Shown here in pieces: positions 1 to 11,683 of a stretch of DNA of 64,000 nt; position 1 is the first letter of the stretch, and the number at the start of each line of letters is the position of its first letter. The notes beneath the pieces were generated by a model. It was not told where the DNA came from. It did no database searches and was given only the letters and a program-made list of their open reading frames with translations. A program made the translations under genes and the position numbers. The stretch covers positions 60,700,001 to 60,764,000 of the forward strand of contig NW_024704743.1 of the NCBI RefSeq assembly GCF_018977255.1, in the 5' to 3' direction. This DNA is from Callorhinchus milii (Eukaryota).

Positions 1-484
1 AGAATTCTTGCCCCCAGTGACTGGTTTACCCCTCCATGTCCTACCAATGAGCCAGCCAGGTCCAACTCTTATATATTAAACAAATGATTCACTATCCCCT
101 CTATAGTCAATGTCAAAATCATCAGTGCCTCAGTTAAATGAATGAAAATAAAACTAATACTAATGGTTCGAATCTATGAATCCAGTGAGAAAAAACAACA
201 GCGGTCAATATTAAGGCACAATGCCACAAAACTATGCTCACTCTTGCGGGAGCACAAATGTATCTTTCTTTTACTATACCAACTAGTGGCAAATTACTTT
301 TATCTCTTTATAAAGCAGTCACTTTCACCAACAGAAAGGCTGCACATGGTGATGTACAATTGACATAGAGACACTTCATGCTCACTGCTTCCAGGAGAAT
401 TAGATATTTGAAGAAACTATCTACTCCCATGTAGTGCAAATGTTTACAGGATAAAAAGTGATTAAAATGATTTAAATTCCATAC

Positions 485-646
485 CAACACAACGATAAAG
501 GAGAGAACGGAGCAGTTCAATCTCAGTCTCAAGTTCAGCAAGACGGAAATGTACTGTCTGGTTGTGTAAGATCGGCTGATTGAATACTTTGCGTTGCCGT
601 GTATATTCAATGGTTTCCTGTATGATGTTCTGCATTGGAACCAACA
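485..646 (-). CDS. Acyl-CoA dehydrogenase exon 7 (gene continues beyond window start)
   Basis: Acceptor tttctgcag|TG; (M)LVPMQNIIQETIEYTRQRKVFNQPILHNQTVHFRLAELETEIELLRSLLYRCV; donor G|GTATGG; 162 nt; matches the ACAD YxxxRxxFxxPI...QxxxFxLA region. Confidence 0.95.
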
Positions 647-1655
647 CTGCAGAAAGAAAGATACAAAATAAAATACATTCATATTAACAGTGTGGCACTT
701 GAAGGGATGGCTTTAACTCCCTCCTCTACTGAAGCCATTTCAATGGCCCCTGTACAGAGGGGCTAAGTGGGGACGAGAAGGGAGGTAAAGACCTATGTCT
801 TTGACTGCGTTTTCGGACACCTTTTCCTGCCACCCTACCTCCTTCACAGCTCGGGCTTCACTAACATCTTTATAAAGTTCTTCAAGTCATTATCCTTCCT
901 TGAAAGGCACTATAAGCGTAAATTGTTTGAGATGAGGCAATCGGAATAAGTTTCCTGAGTTGTGAGATTACAATGGAAAGATCCTATTGCATTTTCACAT
1001 TGTTGAGTTTGGTAAATTAAATCATGATTGCAGAATCACCTCATTAGGTGTATTCCTACCATGCTATGCTTCCTTTTACTTACAAGAGAGCAACATTGAT
1101 AAATAGTGTGTTACACATACGGAAACGATTTGACATTTCCCTTCAATAAGGGATTAACATTGGATTGACAGCAATACCTTTAAAACAAATCAGCAAGAAA
1201 TGTAACTTGGGCATCAGAGACATTTCTGATAGGTATGTCTGGGCTGAATCCAACCCAGAGTCAAAGGGCAAAGATCAATGGTTTGTTCACTACATTAGCT
1301 GGTCCCCTTTTCCTCGGGAGGCCTTTGGATATTTTCTGCCAATTTTTCCTGTTAGCTCAATAGTGCTGCTTTCAGTAACTGAATTCTACTTCACACTCTC
1401 CTTGTCCAAAGAAAAAGATTTCTCAGGAGGGCAGTTAAACCTGAAGTCATAGCACTCTTACATAAACACAGGAAAGCAAACAGTTTTGAGTGCAAACAGT
1501 GCTAACATTTTACAACAAAATCGCCAAATTCGTAATTGTAGAGAGCGTAAAAACCAAATGCTGCTTTTATTTGCAATTCTGAGACTAGTTCTAGTGGTTA
1601 GAGCTAGGTTCTGTTATCCTACCAACTGGCTCACACGAGCTGAGAAAGTACTTAC

Positions 1656-1829
1656 TTCCTGCAACTCCCCACATGCGCTCCTCTTGAAATTGCAACATTT
1701 GATAGGTAAATCCCATTCCTTCTTTCCCAATGAGGTACTTGCTTGGAACTCTGACATCTTCGAAAAAGATTTGTGCTGTGTCTGATGATCTCATACCCAA
1801 TTTATCGATCTTCTTGGCCACCTGGATTC
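1656..1829 (-). CDS. Acyl-CoA dehydrogenase exon 6
   Basis: Acceptor tttttag|GA; IQVAKKIDKLGMRSSDTAQIFFEDVRVP...QMLQFQEERMWGVAG contains the KLGMRxSDT motif; donor A|GTAAGT; 174 nt. Confidence 0.96.
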
Positions 1830-2167
1830 CTAAAAATATAATTTATACAGTTAGTTAATCGAACATCGTAACAAGAACCGGCTTTCAGTAATGCAGGAGC
1901 AATTAAATCGTGTTAATGTTCATTTGAATTAAAAAGGTATTTCCAAGTTCCAAGTATATTTGTAATCTTTATATATCTTTACATATTTTTATAAACTACC
2001 ACAAGTGGTCTACAAGGTTCCTGCTGGGTGCAGTTGGTAACACTTTTGCCTCCGAGTCAGAAGGTTCAAGCTCCATGTTGGAACTTTAAACCCACAATCT
2101 AGACTGATACTCCAATACAGTGCCCTTGGAGAAACAATCCCTCAGATTAAAAAANCATTCACCTCAT

Positions 2168-2500
2168 GGAGTCCTGTAGCTCAGTGGTTAGAGCACTCGC
2201 TTTGCAAGCGAGAGACCTGAGTTCAATTCCAGGCAGAGGGCGAAACCTTGGGCAAGTTTCCTTACTCCACACAGAGCCTAATAATAATCCCTCCAAAACC
2301 AAAAACAATAATAAATTGGTCATTTTCAATCTACGACTGTTTGTGGGACACTGCTGTGCGCAATTGGCTGCCGTGTTCGCCCACAAATATACAGTCAATT
2401 CACTTTACAGTGTGTTCTGTGAAGCGCTTTGGGACGTCCTCCCGACGTGAAAAGCGCTATATCAAATGCAAGGATTATTATTATTATTAGGATTATTATT
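2168..2500 (+). mobile_element. Full-length tRNA-Ala-derived SINE (Deu-like body, L2-like tail)
   Basis: A box TAGCTCAGTGG, anticodon arm CTCGC-TTTGCAA-GCGAG, B box GAGTTCAATTCC, body GCTGTGCGCAATTGGCTGCC, tail GAAAAGCGCTATATCAAATGCAAGGA(TTA)n. Confidence 0.92.
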
Positions 2501-4169
2501 GAGTCAAACAGGGCACAGATTGGCTGCCACATTCACCTACAAATATACAAACACTACTTACACTTTACAGCAAAAAAAACTTTGAAGCGCTTTGAGGCAT
2601 TTCGAATTGATAAGGCACTTTATCAAATGTAAGGCTTTTGATTACATTCAGTCTATAGTGAGGCGTATAACAGAAGGTGTCATACTAAATTGATTGTTAT
2701 TATTGATAAAATAATCAAATAATAATTTTCTAAAAATTTCTATGGGTACAAATTCCATCCAAGCCTAAAAATACTCTACTAACATAGTAATTCAGAGTGT
2801 GTAGAATTTGTCAAACTGTTGAAATCAATCCTAACTTTCAAGTTAATCTTCTATAGCTCTTTAAAAAAATTACAGAAAACTGGCTTCAAAATTATAGACC
2901 GTATTTAAGAATTTGACAAATTCTGGACACTGTAAAATGCTAAGAAAGTATAGTAAATCTTGGCTCAGGTGGTATTTCCAGCCAGTGATGTTTTAAATAC
3001 AAGTAAATTATAAAAATATAGGGTTGTAATTGTACCCAAAGTTATATTTCCATGAAATATCAATTTTATTATTTCTTTAAAGCCTCAATTTTCTTCCAAA
3101 TATCATTCACCATTTCTCGCTGAGCAAATATCAAGGTAACCTTCCTCGTAAGTGCCTGTTAATGCTTTTTGTTGTCAGCTGCAGCAATGGTTCACATGAT
3201 AAGTAAGTCAGTAGACTTTAAAGAATGGTGAAAATGTTAAAACTTGTCAAAATTACCATGGTAAATCAAAAAAATCTGGCAGTCAGTATCATGTTTCTCA
3301 CAAACGTAATTTCCCACAAAATGGCATTGACTGTAAATTTCACTTTTCATCATTTCTGCACTTCATTTGGAAACATAGACTAGAAAACATAGACTAGACT
3401 AGTACAGGACTCGAAAAGACCATTGTAGTACAGTATATATGGTCAGTCCAGGTGGTGGAGTAGGAAGATGTGGGGTAGGAAGGAAGGCTGGTGATCCAAC
3501 CTGATACCTAGGTTGTACACTGGTCCAGTGAGTCTGAGGGACGAGGAGGCTAAGGAGATCAGAACCACAGATGAGAAGCTAAGGAAAATGGCTTCCGATT
3601 TGTCCACATTCAGCTGCAGAAAGCTGGCACCCAACCAGGACTTGTTGTCTAATCCTAGACTACACTATCTCTCTCACACCTTAAATCTTTGGCAAATAGC
3701 TTTCTAAATTACTCTTGAATTTGTTGATATATTTCCTCTCCATTGTTTCCCTGGGTGGTTTCGTCCACATATTTACCACTCAGTGTAGAGTAATTGAATC
3801 TAAAATGTCTGTTCATCTTTCTTCTTCGATCGAGTTGAATGAGGAATTCTCAAAATATTTTTCCTATTTAACTGCACTATTAGGAGCACAGTATTTTGTT
3901 TGAGTTATTTGTCCTGACTTACATTGTGCTATTTATACTTTAATAAAACCTAATATTATTAATGCTTTAACACCCCTTCCCTCTCCTCTTGGCTTGTTGT
4001 CAAACTCTGAAGCACTCTGGGACGTTACCCTACTCTATATAAATGTTGTTGTTGTTTACATAATGGAAACATTAACAATGTATTCAGTATTTTTTNAAAT
4101 GCACTTTGCTATAATGTATGGTGGTAGAATTACATGAAAGGTCATTGTTAATTCTAGCCCATGACTGAA

Positions 4170-4335
4170 TAATAATCCTTGCATTTGATAATCCTTGCAT
4201 TTGATATAGCGCTTTTCACGTCTTCTAGACATCCCAAAGCGGTTCACAGAATATACTGTAAAGTGAATTGACTGTAGATTTGTGGGCGAACGCGGCAGCC
4301 AATTGTGCACAGCAATGTCCCACAAACGGTCATGG
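4170..4335 (-). mobile_element. SINE 3' half. Similar partial copies at ~14020-14140, 23828-23970, 24605-24712, 35180-35345, 37230-37352, 43245-43420
   Basis: Shared body and tail sequence. Confidence 0.8.
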
Positions 4336-4544
4336 ATTGAAACACTTTGGCTTGGGGTGAAATAATTATTTTAGTTTGTTCTCTCTCCCTGTATCAACCA
4401 AGTTCAGATCTACCAATGGTCAGGTGGTGAAAATAGTGAAATTTAAATGATGGCAAAGAGTGAGATCACACTCGAGCCCTCTGTACAGGAGCTCACTGCT
4501 CCACTGCTGAGGATACCGCCCACAATTTTCATCCAATCTCTAAA

Positions 4545-4890
4545 ACTCATGGTCCAGACTGATACACAAGTGCAGTCCTGGGAGTGTGCTTCATTGTCAT
4601 AAGTGCCGTTCTTCAGATGAGATGTTAAACAAAATCTCCAGTCTGCTTGTTCAGGAGATATTAAAGACCCAAAGAACAATTCAAAAAGAGGAGTTTCTCC
4701 CAGTGTTATGGCCAATAATCCCAAAGTTAAATTGGTTATTTATGGCTGCTTGTGCGACAAAGCTGCGCTCAAATTGGTTGTCACATTCAGCTACAAACAG
4801 GCAGAAACTACAACTTACAGGAAAAAAAGCAGTTTGAGATGTTTTGATTTGATGAGGTGTTATATTAAATGCAAGGATTATTATTATTAT
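4545..4890 (+). mobile_element. Older Deu-type SINE. Related copies at ~16800-17180, 41960-42060, 54725-55050
   Basis: GATGAGATGTTAAAC...GACATTAAAGATCCC-like core followed by the same L2-like tail. Confidence 0.65.
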
Positions 4891-4985
4891 TTTTACAATA
4901 ATTATCTGTCTAAGCAAGAGGTATGCTGGTACAATCCTGAGTATTAATTTAGATCAATAAATTTGATGTGCAGTGCATCCATTAC

Positions 4986-5153
4986 CTTCTAAATTCATGG
5001 GAAGACATATGAGAGACTTGTTTCTGTGACGAGGTCCATCATTAGTGTTTGCTAAGAGACACATCCAGTCAGCCTGACATCCATTAGTTATCCACATCTT
5101 TCCTCCGTTTATTATGTAGTCATCTCCCTTCCTGACAGCTTTGGTCTTGATAT
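4986..5153 (-). CDS. Acyl-CoA dehydrogenase exon 5
   Basis: Acceptor tttgcag|AT; (N)[34 protein letters not shown]...LPMNLE contains the NGxKxWITNG motif; donor G|GTAATG; 168 nt. Confidence 0.96.
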
Positions 5154-5228
5154 CTGCAAACAAATGAATACATTCCTGACAATACTAAAACACAGAAAAT
5201 GATCAAAACATTCTGTAAAGTGATATAA

Positions 5229-6185
5229 CATAACATGTAGGAGGAGTAGACCATTCGGCCCTTCGAGCCTACCCCGCCATTCAATCATGACTGATCTTCT
5301 AATCTAACTCCAGCTAATAACCTGACCCTGCCTTATCCCCATATCCCTTAATCCCTTTTGCAATAAGAAATCTATCTATCTCAGTCTTGAATACTTTCAA
5401 GGACTGAGCTTCAACAGCCCTTTGGGGTAGTGAGTTCCATACATTCACCACCCTTTGAGTGAAGAAGTTTTCTCAACTCAGCGCGAAAGGGCTGGCCTCT
5501 GATTTTAAGATTGTGACCCCTGGTTTTAGTTTCTCCAACCAGGGGAAACAATCTCCCACTATCTACTCTATCATGCTCTTTGATGACCTTATAGGTTTCT
5601 ATAAGATCCCCTCTAATTCTTCTATATTCTAGAGAATATAGGTCCAAATTGGTCAGCCTATCTTTGTAACTCATCTCCTTCATCCCTGGCACTGACCTAG
5701 TAAATCTACGCTGCACCCCCTCCAAGGCAAGTACATCCTTCCTTAAATGAGGAGACCAAAACTGGACACAGTATTCCAGGTGTGGTCTCACCAGGGCCCT
5801 ATACAGTTGCAGCAAGACTTCCCTACTCTTATACTCTAATCCTTTCATAATGAATGCGTACATAACGTTCGCCTTCCAAGTTACTTGCTGGACCTGCAGA
5901 CTAACTTTCTGTGATTGGTGTACAAGGACACCCAAGTCGCTCTGGACGGTAACATATTCCAATCTCCCCCCTTCTAAAAATAACCCACTGTACTGTTTTT
6001 GCTACCTCGGTGGATAACTTCGCACTTCTCTACATTATACTTCATCTGCCACCTACCTGCCCAATCACCTAACCTATCTATGTCTCGCTGCATTTTTTTA
6101 ATGTCGTCCTCTGTGTTGACACTTCCTCCTAGTTTTGTGTCATCCGCGAATTTAGATATATTAACTTTGATGTTCTCATCATGTC
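5229..6185 (-). mobile_element. CR1-clade LINE 3' fragment
   Basis: ORF 5411-5962 encodes LYRALVRPHLEYCVQFWSPHLRKD...RGDLIETYK...TRGH, the CR1 ORF2 C-terminus, followed by the 3' UTR. Confidence 0.93.
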
Positions 6186-7431
6186 CTCATGAAGCGTTTT
6201 CTTTTTTTTGAAGTCTTTTAAACAATTGTTTTTAAAAAACTTACTATAAACTGAAGTAAAACAGTTAATAATATGTTGAACTCTAAAGCTGCCAGTGTTG
6301 GAGACTATATTAAATGTAATGCAGTGAAATCAACACAACTACCTTATTATGTAACTGAATTTGAAGTTGTCATCAGCTAATTAGAGGGTAATTCTTGTAG
6401 CATTATTTTCCTAGCAGGTTGATATGGTGCTACAAGAAATGCATTTCAGTTTCGTTAATGGGTGCTGGAGCCTTATTCTGACATAGGGCTTCTTTGTTTT
6501 CATAGATATATCTCAAAAAGTATATCTAACCCCGTTTCCAGTCATCTTTCCCCTCCCCCACCTTGGCTCCCACCCCCAGCTCAGGTGCCTATCCAGCATT
6601 ATCAAATGCTTTGAGACATATTCCTGATGTGAAAGGCGATATATAAATGTAAACTATAATTGTAATTCTCTCAAGAAAGTGAATGGATTATATGAGAATG
6701 AATAATGCAAATAGTGTGCGTGTGTCACGGGGGGTGAGGAGAGAGAAAGAATAGGAGCAAATAAGAGGAAAGATTTATTTCAGATCTTTTTACTTTTGGA
6801 CAGATTCACCATGAAGAACACCCCTAATGGTCTCCTCTGCCAGAAATTGTTATTTCTTTACAAAAGGGAATGTTTGGGAGTGTGGATAATGCTTCCTTTC
6901 AGCAAATGAATAGTCTCACAAGGTAGATTGATTAACCTTCCTCAGTGTGATCCACTTACTAGGATTAGTCATCAGTACCGTCACCCAAAGGAGTACGGGA
7001 GGAAAGGAAAGAGGAAACACACACCTTATGGAATATTCAAAATACCAGCCCAAGCAGTTTTTACAATGAGGGGTGTGAGCCACAGGATGCAAATGACAGA
7101 TCGGTTTTAAAATAAATCTAATCCTAACAACAAAAGACTATCTAGTATTAGTGTCCGACATGCATTTGCTGATGTGGGCTTTGCACCACTATAAATACTT
7201 TTGCCAAGGGTAACCCTATCTGTTGGTGTTGGGCCTGGTAAAGTTCCTTTATTTTGTACAGTAACTATAGGTGGTGTTGATTTTGTTCCACAATTGTCAC
7301 CTATTCTTTTAAAATATCTGAAAGAAGCACATTAATTTGAATCAGTTTCTGTCCCTACTTCTAATTGTGTGATACTAGATATTTAGTGAGGTAAACCGCT
7401 TTGATCTGGCAAATGTGAAGATTGTATGTAC

Positions 7432-7538
7432 TTGCAACATCAGATCCAGCTTCTGCTTCACTGACTCCTAAACAGGCTACCAAGTCCCCAGCAATGGTAG
7501 GTGTAAGGAACTGACGTTTCAATTCATCTGAGCCAAAC
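7432..7538 (-). CDS. Acyl-CoA dehydrogenase exon 4 (not in ORF track)
   Basis: Acceptor ttttttcctag|G; (R)FGSDELKRQFLTPTIAGDLVACLGVSEAEAGSDVA contains the ACAD SExxAGSD FAD-binding signature; donor A|GTACAT; 107 nt, phase 2 to 1. Confidence 0.95.
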
Positions 7539-9926
7539 CTAGGAAAAAAAAGGTGCTAGATTTTTCTAATCACAAATTATATCTTATTTTCCAAATCAAT
7601 ATTTTAACATAAATAATGACAATTGAGTTGCAGACTTTAAACTATTTTTAAGGACCAAAATATTTAATATAATGAAGTCCAAGTTGCAGGCAAACTCTGT
7701 AAGTCATAGAAAATCCGATTTAATCAATTAGCTATGTATACGCATGTGTAATTCAATGCAACCAGTAACTATCCATACGGTGACGGGTCAAGATGACATT
7801 TCCTGCGAATCAATGCACCCCGACCTGTTGCCGCAAGCACATTTACTGGCAAGCATTGCAATTGCATTGAACTGTGGGAAATTAAGTTCTTCTGTGCATG
7901 TGTCAATCAATCAAGACTATGTTTCCCGTGATTCAATGCAGCCGGGTAGAGGGGGGACGTTACGAATTGATTAACACAAGTAGTGGAAATAAATCTACGT
8001 GGTTTAATAGGAAACTGAAAGGGACTTAGGTGAATGTACGACTTATGATAATAAGTACAATAATACGATTTATAAAGATAAGACATAGGCGAGGTTTACA
8101 GTATCTATAAAAAAAATTCAATGTTTTTTTCCAGGAAACAGGCAACATGCCTCAATGCAATAGAAGTAGGGAACAAAATCACTGGTACTAATCCTTGTAT
8201 TTGATACAACATCTGTAACATCAGGAAACGTCTCAACGTACTTAACACGATTTCAGTAAAGAGTGGTGAATGTATATTAGTAGGCAAACACAGTAGCCAA
8301 TATGCACACAGCATTGTCTGACAAACAGCCATGATAAGGATGAGCAATTTTATCTAGTGGAATGTTGCCTCGGATCTTTAACATCCACCTGGACAGGGCA
8401 GACGGGACCCCGGTTTAATGTCTCATCCCAAGGAGAGGAACATGAAGCACAGCAAAAGTGCCGAATCCTCAAAGCCTTGATCCTTTCTCTCACTGTAATA
8501 CTGTTTGATGGAGGGAATCATTCAGAATATGATCCAGCTGGGATTAGGAAACAGACTGATGTAAAGGGTTAGAACACTGTGCTTTCACCTCTGGTACCTG
8601 GGTTCAAGTTCAGACTGATCAGACTGAAAGCCGTCTCCTCTGACAGTTGCAAGATTCTCAGATTAAATGTATTTAAATTGTCTTAATCCCTTTTCTAGTG
8701 TCTGTCAGCACACAGCACAAACTGTCCATAATTCAGGGCTAATTTGCAATATGACACAAAGGAAATCATAAGGATTGCTGAGTGGGGAATGGAAACTCAC
8801 CCTAGTACAAGAAAATGCGCTGTGCTGAGGCTGACGGTGAAAGTGTTATTTCACCAGAGTAACGTTTTGTGGAGACCCCCGGGTGAAGTGCGGCAGCAGA
8901 GAGGATGAGATAAATTGAGATAAAGTAATCAGGTGATGCCAAGCTTGGATTTATGGATTCCACTTTGTATCTAATACGTGGCGTGCATGAATAGAGGTGT
9001 ATTGATGCTAATATTAGCTGACAAAAGCACAAAATACCCTACTTTACAGACTGATGCCCCTTTACCTTGATAAATGCAATTTAACCATTTTTTACATTTT
9101 TGGACAGGCAAAATCAGACACAGTTTAGTTCTGCACAGTTTAAGAGGAAAATATGGTTAATGTTTCATCCAGTACCTGTCTGCAAAGAGTGTATGCTATA
9201 TAGATTAAAGGCTGTAAGTAAAACACCCTGTACAATAGAGTATGGCTCAGAACGAGCCAATGTAAATATTGTTGTTCAAGACAAAAATGAATGCCATATC
9301 ATTGCACTATAATAACTATAATAACTGTTGCACAGTACAGTAGCCTACTTTAGTTAATATAAAATTCATACAGAATTAAGCCCTATAGTCAGAAATATAA
9401 TGGTCAATTCTTATTTTTCATGTGACTCATCTTAATGCTGTAACTTCACCTCAACTCTCAGGATGCAACAGAAAATAATCTTGCTCATAATAGGTAATTG
9501 TTCTCTCCCAAGACTTCAAATAAGAATTAATCATTTTTATTCTCTCTTTGTTTCTTAAATAACTTGTGGCTAACATCCTCAGCAAACAAAGAATGCAATT
9601 TTTTTTTAAATTGACAGATTTTGACCTGGGATTCCACAGCAACCTCTTGTACTCATTACAAAGGCTGGGAGCTGTCAGTGTCTGCGGCCTGGTTTACTTT
9701 AGACAGAGGAATCCAGACGTTTGAGCAGCTGTCTTTAGAGAATGGCTCCAGCCAGGAAAATTCACCCTAAGTAACTGCTGAGCTGCAAAGTTTTCCTTTG
9801 GGACTTGCAGTGTTTCTCTGAGAGAAAAATCGCAACTGGCAAATGGCATTCTGAAATACAGGTGCTTTTAGCGGAGCTAAAGCACTGCAGTGTTGCACTT
9901 TTTCTGCACCGTTCATCAATCTATTG

Positions 9927-10563
9927 TGATAAGATTTGTTTGTTTCTTCAAAAAGGAAGACTCCCTGCAAATAAACGGAAAATGTGATTTAACAAAATAA
10001 AAGGACAGACCGGTAAAAGAACTTGTTGTGAAAAAAACAAGAAATCTGGCCTTTTTAAAAAGAAAATTCTGGAACTATTTCACAATGTAAATGAAACACT
10101 GTTAATCTTTACTCTGGTGTATAGATCTTCATTGCATGATGGAATGAATTAGCTGCTGAACTAAAAACCTTACTTGAGTTAGAAGAGACAGTTCGGGCAT
10201 TCTACGAATGGTGGCAATAGTGAAATCAATGTGCTGCCTCAATTCACCGTTTGGAAGTGTTACTGGCACAATAGTTAACTATAGTAAAATATGCAAAAGA
10301 TTTTGACTTGAATGGAATTTCCACTAAGTTGGGATTAAAAACTATTTTCCTTGGAACAGCTACTTGCATTAAATCATTACTTTTCAATATTTTGATAAGA
10401 TTAGTTTGCTTCTTCAAAAAGGAAGATTTCCTGCAAATAAAGGGAAAATGTGATTTAACAAAACAAAAGGACAGACTTGTAAAAGAACTCGATGTGAAAA
10501 AAACAAGAAATCTGGCCTTTTTAAAAGGAAAATTCTGGAACTATTTCACAATGTAAATGAAAC
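9927..10563 (+). repeat. 171-bp direct duplication (9927-10097 and 10393-10563)
   Basis: Two colinear, highly similar copies, 466 bp apart. Confidence 0.92.
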
Positions 10564-11199
10564 GTGTACCCTGCGTCAAGTACATTTTATATTCAATGAT
10601 CCAATTTCTTGGTTGTTTTGTTAAAAATAACTTATATAATGGTGCTGTTGACTATGTTAGGTCTCCTGTACATTGACATTTTTTATAATTATAATATATT
10701 TAATATATATGCTCCAAAGTTATTATTAATATTATTTTCTTCCTGTTTAGGTTGTTTGCAATATTGTATATTGCATAATCACCTAAGTTGAACATTCGCC
10801 CGAGTTCCATTCAGTTTCCTATCAAAACCACTTAGATTTCTTTGTACTACTCGTATTAATCACCCAACTCGTATCGCTGCTCCCCTTTTCTCCATTATTC
10901 CTGCACTTACCAGCTTGCTTGAATCACAGGAATGACGTTCTGACCTGTGCACGCATGTGCACTTACAGGCCAGCTGACTGAATCGTGGGTAGTCTTGATC
11001 CATCGACACATGCGGAGAAAAACTTAATTTCCCATGATTCAATGCAATTCAATGCTTGCCAGTAAGTGCACATGCAGCGACGGATCACAACAACTACAAC
11101 AACAAAATTACATTTGTATAGTGCCTTTCACGTCAGGAAGACATCCCAAGGCGCTGGACAATTAGTGTTTCGGACCCGAGCGTTACGAGTTTACTGAAA

Positions 11200-11490
11200 G
11201 TAAGTTTCCTTACTCCACTTGCCTCTATTTACCTAGCAGTAAGTAAGAACCCGGTCGTAAGTCGATTGGCGGATCGCTTTTCCAGGATAATAACCCCCTC
11301 AAAAAATAATAATTTGGTCAGTCAATCGACGATTGTTTGTGGGACACTGCTATGCACAATTGGCTGCTGCGTTTCACCCTCAAATATACAGTCAATTTAC
11401 TTTACAGTATATTCTGTGAAGCACTTTGAGACGTCTAGAAGATGTGAAAAGAGCTATATCAAATGCAAGAATTATTATTATTATTATATT
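11200..11490 (+). mobile_element. 5'-truncated SINE, long subfamily
   Basis: AAGTTTCCTTACTCCAC, extra segment, body and (TTA)n tail. Confidence 0.82.
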
Positions 11491-11553
11491 AAACATAAGC
11501 TTGTAAAAGCACAAATGTGATTAGAAATGATCCTGAGAAGAGAAATGACATAC

Positions 11554-11683
11554 CTAGCTAAAGCTGGTGTTGCCATGTCACTCTGGACACCGATTGCCAT
11601 GGGCACTCCTCCACAGCGGATGTGTCCCAGCTCTTCTGCCACAGCCATACTGTAGCTGAAATCCAAACCGAGTCCACCATATT
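11554..11683 (-). CDS. Acyl-CoA dehydrogenase exon 3
   Basis: Acceptor ttccccag|AA; (E)YGGLGLDFSYSMAVAEELGHIRCGGVPMAIGVQSDMATPALA; donor AG|GTATGT; 130 nt, phase 1 to 2. Confidence 0.95.

Noticed and set aside
2168..2245. tRNA-Ala(TGC) gene (also at 14805, 16175, 20141, 33437)
   Set aside because: The acceptor stem does not pair and each copy continues into a shared SINE body and tail; these are SINE heads.
5411..5962. Host protein-coding gene
   Set aside because: Truncated CR1 ORF2 C-terminus.
6945..7220. Intronic C/D snoRNA
   Set aside because: The single TGATGA on the minus strand is not conserved in the second copy, and no terminal stem or box arrangement is evident.
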